Shown here: piece after piece, positions 50,201-62,200 of the stretch
Numbering within the stretch: the first letter of the stretch is position 1
Layout of the letters: the number at the start of each line of letters is the position of its first letter
Source: Callorhinchus milii
Lineage: Eukaryota
Assembly (NCBI RefSeq): GCF_018977255.1
Contig: NW_024704743.1
Coordinates: 35,900,001-35,964,000, forward strand
Direction: 5' to 3'
Length of the DNA stretch: 64,000 bases
Program-made: the position numbers and the translations under genes
Notes under the pieces: generated by a model
Database searches by the model: none
The model's input: the letters and a program-made list of their open reading frames with translations, nothing else
What the model was told of the DNA's origin: nothing

Positions 50201-53200
50201 AGGAAAGATGGAACTCCACACATATTCTATTTTTCGCCACATAAACATCAGCTGAGTGACATTGTTCAACATCCTGTCAAATCATAAAGTTGTTTTATAT
50301 AGAGTTCTTCAAACATTTTTTGGCAGGCAGCAAACTATCTTATGGATTCCTGTGATACACTATGTAAGGCTGGAAGGCTATGAGACATGGTTTTATAATA
50401 ATAATAATAATCCATGCATCTGATATAGTGCCTTATCATGTCTTCTAGACATTTCAAAGCGCTTTACAGAATATATTGTAAAGTAAATTGACTATGTTTT
50501 GTGGGCGAAACAGTGTCTATTGGTGCTGGTGTTGCACGATGCAAACTAATGTGATTCACTATGTAAGGCTAAAAGTCGGTCAGCCTGGTGTAGTGGTAGC
50601 ATTCTAGCCTCTGAGTCAGAAGATTGAGTTTTCAAGCCCCACATCGGGACTTGGAATTACATTACTCCATCCCGAAGTCCCTTTAACTCACCCTTTCCCT
50701 CGCCTCCTTCAAAGTCCACCTCAACTCCATCCTTTTTGTGCAACAAGATTACTGGTGAATGTTGGTCATAATTCGACACACATACTGTTAGCAGGACATG
50801 TAAGGCGATGGCTGACAGCAAGCCACCGGGTTTTAATTGAAACAAGGATCATAGAATAACAGAACGTTACAGCATAGAAACTGACCATTTGTTCTGTCAA
50901 ATCTGTGCTGGTGTTTTCCTACACCTGAGCCACCTGATCAAACCCCAATCTGATGAAGAGGTTCCAACAAGGTCTTCAATCTGATAGTGGGACTTAAGGA
51001 TTTCAGGAAGAACAAAATCACAATAATTACATTGCAGGCCGACACTCTGTCAGCCTTGTGGCGTACTGCAGGTTATAGATTGAATTATTTTTGTAACATT
51101 TCTGTTTTTACCTGATTATTGTGGAGAAACATTACTGACTGTGGCAGGGTAGACTTGATGATGTAGGCAACAGGCTAGGTCAGGTGATGGAGAAGCTGAA
51201 GATACATGGCAGAATGGGCATCAAAAGGCAGGTAGATGGCATCATTGCTCTGTGATACTACAAGCGGTATTTCCCCACTGTGGAATGCAGGGTTCCATAA
51301 ACTGTTCAGTCAACACAGCAAAATCAGTAACCAGAGTTATTTAAAAGAATACGAAAAATAATATTTGTACCGTTTGAGAACATATAAGGGATTTCCTTGT
51401 TGCTGCCAGCACCGTAAATAATCACTCTATGCATCACAATCACATGCCGTTTGTTGTTTCTCGCAATTACTTTTGTTCCCTGTTCTGGCACCTGTCAGTG
51501 TGACCACATGTAGTACCAAACAAGAAAGATCTCTTAGTGATTCTTTCAATACTAATTTTATCCCCCAGTGCCTTCGCCTTGCTTCCTCCCTTTCCTCCTT
51601 CAAGGCCGGTCTCAAAACCTTTCTCTTTGACCGTGCCTTCAGCTCCCCTCTCGACTCTCTTCCTCCTCCTCGCTCCCTCCCTCCCCTCACCCTGACCATT
51701 TCCCCCTCCTCTCTCCCTCCCCCCCCCTCACCCTGACCATTTCCCCCTGCTCGGGTCATGACCCAACTGTGCAGCGCCTTGGGACGTCCTCCTGACGTGA
51801 AAGGCGCTCTATAAATGGAATCTTGTTGTTGTTGTTGTTGTATACAATACAAAATTACATTTGTAAAGCACCTTTCACGTTGGGAGGACGTCCCAAGACA
51901 CTGGACAGTCAGAGATTAGGACCCGAGCTGGGGGTCGGGATCGGGGAGGGTGGAGGACAGGCAGGGTAGGAAGGTGGTCAAAAGCTCGGTTGAAGAGGAA
52001 AGTTTTGAGACATGCCTTGATGGAGACAAGGGAGGGAGCGAGACGAAGGGAATGTGGGATGGAGTACCATAGGTTGGAAACAAAAGCTGAAGGCCCAACC
52101 ACTGATGATGGGACGGGCCGGGCCGGGCTTGTGGAACAGGCCACAACCTGCTGAGTGGAGGAAGCGGACAGGTTGATATGGTGTCAGTAGGTCGCAGAGG
52201 TAGGGAGGAGCAAGGCTGTGGGGGGGCCTTGAAGGCGAGGGCGAGGATTTTGAACTCTGTTCAAATGAATGAACAACCATGGTTAAAATGACACAATCAC
52301 TATCATTGAGTTAATGGCTACATATCTCTGCTGATTATTTCATTTACCTGACGATTTTAAAATTTCAATTAATTTAGAATATGCAGCGGCAATAAACATA
52401 GTTCTAAAAACGTAAAATAAAGCATATTACGCCCACAAAATATACAAATATACAAATAATGTAAAACATTACAAATAATCGATCACTACAGTCAACACTT
52501 TTGAAATGATTCAATGTTAAAGAGGTTACAAGGATTATTATTATTATTATGATTAAGATCTTGTTTTAAAACCACTACCAAGTTACCCAGTGACTCTACT
52601 CTGAAATTGGTTGTTCCCTGTGGAAGTGGAAAGGGGGGAGTTTTGGAAGAGGATGGAATAATGTCCAGGAGAATATTCCGTGTACTTCTTAGAAATAATG
52701 CCTTGAGATCTTTTACCTGTACATCCAGAAGAGCAAGACCTTAATTTAACATCTATTGTGAAGAACCATGAAATTTGATGAATAGTATGAATCAGTGGAA
52801 CAGAAGTAACATTTAATAACAACAACAACATTACATTTGTATAGCGCCTTTCACGTCGGGAGGACATCCCAAGGCGCTGGACAGACAGAGTTTTGGACCC
52901 AAACTGGGGTCCAGATCGGGGAGGGTGGAGGACAGAGGGGGAAGCATGGTCGAAGAGGAGGGTCTTGAGATGGGTCTTGAAGGAAACAAGGGAGGGGGCG
53001 AGACGGAGGGACTGTGGGATGGAGTTCTAGAGGGTGGGGGCAGAGTGGTAGAAGGCCCGCCCGCCAATAGTGGGGCGAGCGAGGCGGGGGACGTGAAGCA
53101 GGCCGGAGGGAGCGAGCAGGATGGTAGAGGGTTAGGAAGTCGCAGAGGTAGGTGGGAGCAAGACCGTGGAGGGATTTGAAGGTGAGGACCAGGATCTTGA

Positions 53201-56200
53201 ACTGTATTCTCCGTGTGATGGGAAGCCAGTGGATTCGGGTGAGGATGGGGTGATACGGTCACGGCGCCTGGTGCAGGAGACGACACGGACTGCAGAGCTA
53301 TGGATGATCTGCAGCCTGTGGAGGGAGGAGTTGGGAAGGCCGACAAGCAGTGAGTTTGTGTAGTCGAGCCTCAATGTAATGAAAGCATGTACGAGAGTTT
53401 CGGCGGCCTGCGGTGTGAGGCAGTGACAGAGCCGGGCGATGTTGCGGAGGTGGTGGAAGGCAGAGCGGGTGATGGTGCAGATGTGGGATAGAAAGGATAG
53501 TTGAGAGTCAAACAAGACCCCAAGGTTCCGGACTGGCTTAGTAAGGTGGAGTGTGCAACCATGGATGGTGATGCTGTCAGCGCCTGAGGTAAGGAGGCGC
53601 TGACGGGAGCAACTCAGGAGAGCCTCTAAAACTTCTATTAATAGAGAAAAGATCAATCAATCTTTTTCAACAGTGGCATACGGTTGTGTAAAAAAATGGA
53701 CTGAGTCTATCACTGGATAAAAGTCTGCTTTAGCAGTTAATGCAGATAGATATGATATCTGAGGTCTTCTGGAAGCGAAGGATGGCTGACTGTTTTAAAT
53801 GGTGGTTTCATTTATAACTACAGTACTTAAAAGACATATTTGTCCTTCCAAAGTTAGCTCTCCCCAAGCTAACCTCCTTGAAACATTTATGAGACTTTCA
53901 AATTGTTTCATGTCTGCAAGCCTTCCTAGGATCAAGATAAGCAGAATAACTTCCAGCTCAAGTCTCCGGTTTATTGCAGTGAGGAGTCACTATCAGAGTC
54001 CAATCATTTGACCACTTTCATTCAGATTCCACAGTGCTTGTTCTTACCAATCAAGACTATGTACTGCGGAGACACAACATCATGTAAACTGCTGACACTG
54101 AATCTTTCCAGGCTCACAGAGGAAAATAAAACTCTCCCTGCCCTGAATTACATTGGGAGAACCACGCTCTTGCCATGACCCTCACCTTCCCTCTTCTCGG
54201 AACATAGGAATAGGAGTAGGCCATTCATCTCCTCAAGCCTGTTTCGCCATTCTATCAGAGCATGTCCATCTGTACCTCAACTCCAAATTCCCCCTTTGCC
54301 CCGTATTCGTTGATACCCTTACCTAACAAAAATCTATCCACCTCAGTCTTAAAATGTGAATGGATCTAGCATCTACAGCCTTTTGGGGAGAGAGTTCCAG
54401 ATTTCCACTATCCTTTGGGTGAAAAACTGCCTCCTGATTTCACTCCTAAATGGCCCAGCTCTAATTTTAGGACAATGCCCCTTTGTTCTGGATTTCCTTA
54501 CCAGAGAAAATAGTTTCTCTGTATCTACCCTATTGAATCTCTTTATCATTTTAAACAGCTCGATCAGATTACCTCATAACTTTCTAAATTCAAAGGAATA
54601 CAGACTAAGTTTTTGTGCAACCTGTCCTCATAATTTAACCCATTAAGCCCTGGTATCATTTTGGTGAATCTGCACTGCATCCTCTCCAGGGCCAATATAC
54701 CCATCCTGAGGTGTGTTAGATGACGAAAATATATAGAAATTATAATACCTTATAACAATTATAAAACATTAGTTTAAAAACGTTAGAAGAACATTGAGCC
54801 TGTCAGTGCCAGGTGCTGGGAGAAGCAGGAACGACCTCCAGTCCTGGAGTATGAGGTAAGGGCCACCTGGAGATAGAGGGAGACCCTGAGCCTGGCACCA
54901 GGACGATGGAATGTGTGCTCCCAATGTCATTATACCTTTATTAAAGAATGTTGAGTCCCTTCGTGATTGCAAATTTTTTGGGATATACCGATCCCGAGGA
55001 TTCGAAATAATGACTCAACAATCCTTAATAAAAATGTTTTATAATTGCTATAAGGTGTTATAATTTCTATATATTTTCGTCACTCTAAAGGTGCGGTGCC
55101 CAAAGCTAAACTCAGTACTCTCCTGAACAACTGGTTCTTGCTAGAGTCCTATGGGAATACGATGGAGGCTGACATCTTATCCAAGTAGAAAATAGAAATG
55201 TACAGCGTAGAAGGAGGCCATCCGGCCCATCAAGCCTGCTCACAGAACAAGGAAATCAATTCAATCCCACCCCCCTGCCTTATCGTCAGACCCTTTCAAG
55301 CCCCTTTTTTGTATTTGTCCCTCCCCAAAACTTTAAGGATCTTCAAAGCATTTATCTGAACAACATTTTTTAATTCTTGCTCATTGATTTATTTTATAGG
55401 GGCAGGGAACACAAACTGCAAATTAGCTATTGTTATGGGCAGGACTGAAAATAAAAACATTTCAAGGTAAGAGAACAAACAGCCTTTCACTTGGGAATAG
55501 TTACATTTAGCTCAAATAAAAGAGTTCTGAGGCTTATTCCAAAACATGTTTTGATGGATAAAATCTAACAGTTAAAGGCATTTATTGTGTTCTTCACTTG
55601 TTTTCATAATAATAGGCACAAACAACACAGCATGATTCTTGTTCCCATGGATACATCAGGGCTGAAGGTCATCAGACCTCTGCAAGTGTTTGGGTATGAA
55701 GGTAAGGTTATAAAATCAAGAGATGACTTTCTGTGTCATGGTGGGAATGGACTTCCCTCAAGTTATTGACTTCCTGAGGGCTGCTATAAGGAAGAGAATG
55801 GCATGGGCTTCATCAGATAGGAGGTAACTGAAAATTGATGAGACCAATTAAGGGGAGACAGTTGCGTGTTTTTGTTAGATAAATGCAAGTTGTTGTTGTT
55901 TTCAAATAGCTGTCAGCAGCCTTGGAGCAGGCAGGACCGTATGAGGAGGTAGAAAGGAAAAAGCAATTGCAGAAGGAAAAGGAACTTGCGGGAAAGCGTC
56001 TCAGACTATAAGAAAATTTCTCCTCCAAATTTATTGGGAAGATTTTTATGGCTAGGTGTCCTGGCCAATAATATCCCGGATATAAATTGGTCATTTTCTT
56101 AATGGCTTTTTGCAGGACATTGTTGTGCACAAATTGGCTGCAACTTTACAAAGAAAGTTGGGTTACTCACCAATGTAACAAATGCTCTTCTCTCTTTGGA

Positions 56201-59200
56201 TGAAGGGTCATTGACTTCATGTACTGTTGGGGAAAGAAAATACTGTCCTAGTGAGTTTAGTAACCAGACTCAGATATTGGGATTCGGGGGGGGGGGGGGG
56301 GGGGTCTAGCTATGTAATGTAAATCTCAACCTTTGCATTTACTTCATAAGAGTGCATTGGGGTTGATATAAACTTTCTTGATCTACCAACAGACTGTTTT
56401 CATGGTGGACACTTTGAGATACATTTCAACAATGTTCAAGTACCAGTTTCCAACATGCTGTTAGGTGAGTACACAGATGTTTAATGCAATGTTTTCCCGG
56501 TTGCAGATGCGATCGTAGAAATGGAAGCCTGTTCAGGCCTATCTCAGCTGTAGCCATCCATCCTATTGGGGTAAAAATGTTTGATCTATCAAGTGTTAAT
56601 TAACACAGAATAATTATCGCAGTGTTGAAAAATATGGTCAGTGCAGGCAGTCTATAACCAAAAGACATCAGTTAGTTTGTGGGCATAACAGTACTCCACT
56701 CCCCAACACCATGGCAATGGTTGAGTCTAAGGCCAGCTATGTTACTAGTTGTTGGCACATGGATGGAGTCCAATTTTCAGGAGATTGCATTCTTTCTGAT
56801 CTATATGATCGATTCCAATGTTATTAAGTCTGCGCTGCTCATGCCAGAGCTGTGGCACTGGTGTGAAGCTGCTACTTGAGTATGATCATGTGCTTTGTTC
56901 AATTTAGTTTCACTCCGTTGCAAGTTGTGTTAAGAAGCTGTAGTTGATTCGCGGACCTTCTTTCACACGTGTTGATTTAAGTGTTAGTGACACAAAAGTA
57001 CAACGTCATTGATACAAACCAAAATTAAGGATTAAGCTTGGTTTATGTGTGTGTATTATAGAGTTAATATTGAATCATAGGAATTACATGATAGAAGGAT
57101 GCTATTTATCTTATTCTGGCGCTGTCCCAATTTCATTCTCTTTCCCCATATTCTTTTCTATTGTTTCTCTTATTATTTGTAATAAAAAAAATCATTTAAA
57201 TTTTATTATGGTTTGAGTTTCAAAAGCCACTTGTGGCAAAGCAATACTGGCCCCTCCATCGATTGGAGCTAATGTTGAATACGATGATGGGCTGATGAGT
57301 GGTTGCTGAAGGTGATCCAAGTCACTCACTGTCTTGTGCAGGCGAAGGCAGAGGATTTGAAATCGCACAAGGCCGCCTCGGACCAGGCCGTATCCACCAT
57401 TGTATGAGGACCATAGGAATAGCAGAACGTGCCTTGGAGCTGTTGTGCCAGAGGGTTGTCCAGAGGAAGGCTTTTGGGAAGAAACTATATGAAAATGTAA
57501 GTAGGGAAGAATATGTTGATCATCTCTGATGTGGAAAATAACCAGCGACATGTTAATGCTACGTGACCTTAACAATGAACGGGGATAGTTCAAAACCCAC
57601 TTCAGGGCTAATTCCTGCCATTAAATGATAATTTAGTTGACAAGTGTCTAGATAAGCATTAGCCTGCAAAATATAGTCACTCCATTTTACAGTAAATCCT
57701 GTGAAGCTCTTTGAGACATCCTCCTGACATGAAAGGCGCTCTATCAGATACAAAGATGATAATGATTATTATTATTAATAAGCTCTTTTCCTGGAGAGGC
57801 ATTTGGTCATGGCTGGCTCACTTGACTTTACAGTATATCCTGTGAAGCGCTTTGGGACAGCCCCCTGACATGAAAGGAGTTATACCAAAATAAGGATTAT
57901 TATTATTCTTAATAATAATAAACAAGTCTTCTCTGTGCTAAATTGTAAAAAGATTTATCAAGCTTATTTTCTTATTTTTAGCTGCTTTCAGTTGTACAGC
58001 TTTTGCAAGAGACAGACATTGATGCTATTTCAATAGCTGCAATGAATGTTTGACTTAATAGTAACAGGTTTCCAACCCAATCAGTCGTGATGGTTCCTTG
58101 AAGAGTAGCCTGCAGTTTGCTAACCTCAATAATAACCAGTCTTATATCAGCACTGGTGTTCAAAGCCTCAGAAAAGACAGAATTAAAATAGGGAAATAAT
58201 ACTGCTCAAAATCTCAACCATTGTTGAGGACCAATTAAGTACCTTAGTCCAATAACATAACAGTGTTTGCTACACACAAAAGGCCTCAGAATTTATGCAA
58301 CATTCAAAATACATTTACATAGCATCTCTCATGTCAGTTGGCCATATCAAAAAGTGCTTGAAAATGTTGGATAGACACTTGAGCTGGAGGTGGGAGCCAA
58401 GGGGGCTAACATTTGGTATGTATTTCAACAAATTGTATTTTTCCCCATATTCCCTTACTTTGGAATTATTTCATTGACAGAGAATTGCCCAGAATTTCTA
58501 AGCTCTGGTGCTTACAGAAATGTATGCAACATGCATAGTGAGTTGAGAAGTGAAGGCTGATATTTCTGCACTTGAATTCACCTGGTACAATAAATAATGC
58601 CTTGCTTCAAATGCTTTGATTCAATTACAGGCACCTGTCATCCATCAGGCAAAAAAAATATATGAGCTTCACATGTTGTAAAGGATAATATGGGCAAGGG
58701 TGCATTTCAAGGACAAAACACAGATGAACCAATTGAAGTTCATGCTTATAATTTACAACCTTGTTTGAACCTCTTGATGTATTATTGCTGCCTAATACAC
58801 TCCAACCTTTGTGCCATTACATATAATTATTCTGACCCATTGGATTCCTGCTCTGTGTAGCTCAACAGTGGCCCATGGACTACCTGCAGCCAGGAGTGAC
58901 AAGCTACTTGGCCTTCACTATTACCAGACCCATCCAGCGTGAGGAAGTGTTGGAGACTGTTTGGCCAGGAACAGCTCTCCCTTTGTATTACTCTGTCCCC
59001 TCCCATCCTTGTTTTCAATGATCATGAGGGAAGCGAGTCCTGTGGAGTCCTGTAGCTCAGTGGTGAGAGCACTCGCTTTGCAAGTGAGAGGGCGAAACCT
59101 TGGGCAAGTTTCCTTACTCCACACGCCTAATAATAATCCCTCCAAAACAAAAAACAATAATAAATTGGTCATTTTCAATCCATGACTGTTTGTGAGACAT

Positions 59201-62200
59201 TGCTGTGTGCCGCGTTCGCCCACAAATATACAGTCAATTCACTTTACAGTGTGTTCTGTGAAGCGCTTTGGGACGTCCTCCCGACGTGAAAAGCGCTATA
59301 TCAAAAATGCAAGGATTATTATTATTATTATTGTCAATCACAGAGTGAAGCATTTCGATGCCACTTTGTGAGACACCGGCTCAATTCTGACCTGCAATCC
59401 TGTCGTGTCCCCGTGTCTGCACAATCCAACTAAAGTTTTCCAAAGTAAATGAAGACAATAGCTGTTAGTGCCTTGGGCTTGTCCTCCTGACGTGAAAAGC
59501 GCTGTACACGTGTAATTTGTTGTTGTTGTACAGCTTCACATACTCCATGCACATTGCATTAGCACGTTGGCTAAGTGCTGTTCAGGTCTGTTGGGTTACT
59601 TTCCCTGTGTACTTATAAATAGCTCTAATTCAATTTTAAAAGTATAATTTAATTTAATGTTTTCAGGGAGTGTTATGGTTTTAAATTCAATCAAGAGTTA
59701 ATTATTAGTGCGTAGGGATGAATAAGTGTTCATCCCCCAATATTGAATGCGCTACATGGAGCAGATTAACTCTCAGGTCTTGGCCAACAGTGATGTCTGA
59801 TAAATAGGTCCACAGTCAGGGTCTGGTGTTGACTTACCTTTACTCAATGAAGTGTAGTCAGCCTTGAACATACAGATGTTTAGTACTCAGATACACTGTG
59901 CACAAAATCTAACTATCAAAAATTGCAATAAATAAAGCCTCTTTGCAGCTCTTAGACCCGTCATGTCAATGTGCATGTTTTAGAATTAATTACGGCTTTT
60001 TTATTCAGATAATTATAATCCTTACACCATTTACTTTGGGAGGATATCCCAAAGCACTTCACAATATTTACTGTAAAATGCAATGGCTGTGTATATGTTT
60101 TGTAAGTGAACATTGCAGCCAATTTCCGCACAGGAATGTCCCATAAACAACAATGAAGTGAATGACTAATTTTATTTCGGAGATTATTGGCCAGGACACC
60201 AAGAGAAACTCCTAACCTTTAACGTAGTTAGTTTCCACGGTTTGAAATGTACAGTGAATGGAACCTGACAGCTGTAAGGCCTTTTTAAGCTCTCTATCTC
60301 TGCAGGAAGTGGTTGCACATTGGATAGCGGAGGGTCGCATTGCCATTGAACAAGCCCGACTTCTTACGCTTAAAGCTGCCAAAACAATTGACCTTGTGGG
60401 CACAGCAAGAGCCAGAAAGGAGGTAAATATATTTGTAAAAAGATAAATTAAAAAAAAGATACTCCTTCAGCTTTATTTCATTTTCAACTTACTTTTAGGT
60501 TGCTCCACTGTATCATGCTGTGTCCTGATCCCTGGGTGAGAGTAGTCAGCTGCTAGGATGTACATGCCAGGAGTCCAGGCTAACCCACACCCTTGCTCCC
60601 TCCCCCTGAAGCTGCCTGACCTTTCACTGGGCAGCTCCCTATAAGGCAGTGGGATCTTTAATGTCCACCTAAACAGGTAGATGGGATAAGGATTTACCAA
60701 CTCGTCCGAAGGACAGCACCTCTGAAAATGAAGTGCTTACCCACTGGAGTGTCTGACTAGACCACTGGTGGCCAACCTTTATGATCGGCCAATAAAATAA
60801 ATGCCATAAATCAAGAAATATTCAATCAAGAAAAACGTGGAAACACACTACTGATCAGACACGGACTTACCTAAACTCGTACGAATGACTGTGGGTGGGA
60901 GGGGAGCTTCTTGATGCCACTGTAGACCTTGGGGACACTTCCGGCCCAGGGTCCATGAGTTGACTACCATTGCTGCAATGCTTGGATGAGATTAGGCAGT
61001 GATCCTGTAGGGAATCTCGTGTGTAAACCCACAGCCTCCCATTCCATGACATGGACATTACCTCAGAAACAGGCCCTGTTAAATAACATAAAAAGGCGCT
61101 TTGTCAATGCAAGGAATGTTTTTATTATTATTATTAGTCCAGATGTGAACTACAGTTAATTAAGTCCTGTTGATCGTGTCGATGATGGCATGTGTGTGTG
61201 ATCTCACTGCTCTGGTTGCTCAGATTGCTATGATCAAGGTGGTAGCTCCACGAATGGCATGCAAAGTGGTGGACTGTGCCATTCAGGCTTATGGAGGGGG
61301 AGGATTCTCGCAGGATTTCCCTCTAGCCCACATGTGAGTATTAAACAATATTTACAAATGATCAGTTCAGCTATTCTCATTGCTTAATGGTCCTGTGCAG
61401 CCACTGGGAGCTATTCAGACAGATAGGATCCTGATAAGCCCATTTGGAGCTGTTCCGTATTGAGAAGATCACAATGACATTTTTTGTGTCATTATTAAAC
61501 AGAAAGTCTTCACTTTAATTGTCACAGCAGAATGTCACACTTTCCCTCCCTACTATGAAAGAAAAGATTTAACAACAAGAGTAATTTGCACTTATATATC
61601 GCCTTTCACAGAGGATGAAAGCCTCAAAGTGCTTCACAGATTTAATAGGGAGCATCGGGAAAGAAGAATTAATAAAACATGGCCATAGAGATACACATTT
61701 AAGAGGCTTGAAGCCTGTTCTGCTATTTTTAGAGGGAACATGATGCATACAATAGGGGAAGGGAAATAGAGGGGTACAGGAGAGGGGATTAGGAGGGGTG
61801 GGGTTAGTGTGCAGTGTGAACTGTGGCAAGGATGAGTTGGGTCGAATGGTTTGTTTACACCCTATAATTTATTTTTATTAGACCGTGACAGATCTTTTAA
61901 TCTCATTTCCCTGCCTTTTCTTCATGTCCTTTAAGAAACCTTACTTCCCAATTCCTATTAGTAATTTCTTTTTTAAGCATCCCAAACCAAGTACTCTTCT
62001 CATAAAAAAGGCTGAAAAGTTTTATATTCATCTTAAAAATTAATAGTATCCCAATGATATTGTTAGACACTGCTGTGCACAATTGGCTTCCGTGTTTCGC
62101 CCACAAAAGATAGTCAATTCACTTTGCAGTATACTCTGTGAAGTGCTTTGAGATGTCTCGAAGATGTGATAAGGCGCTATATCAAATGTAAGGATTATTA

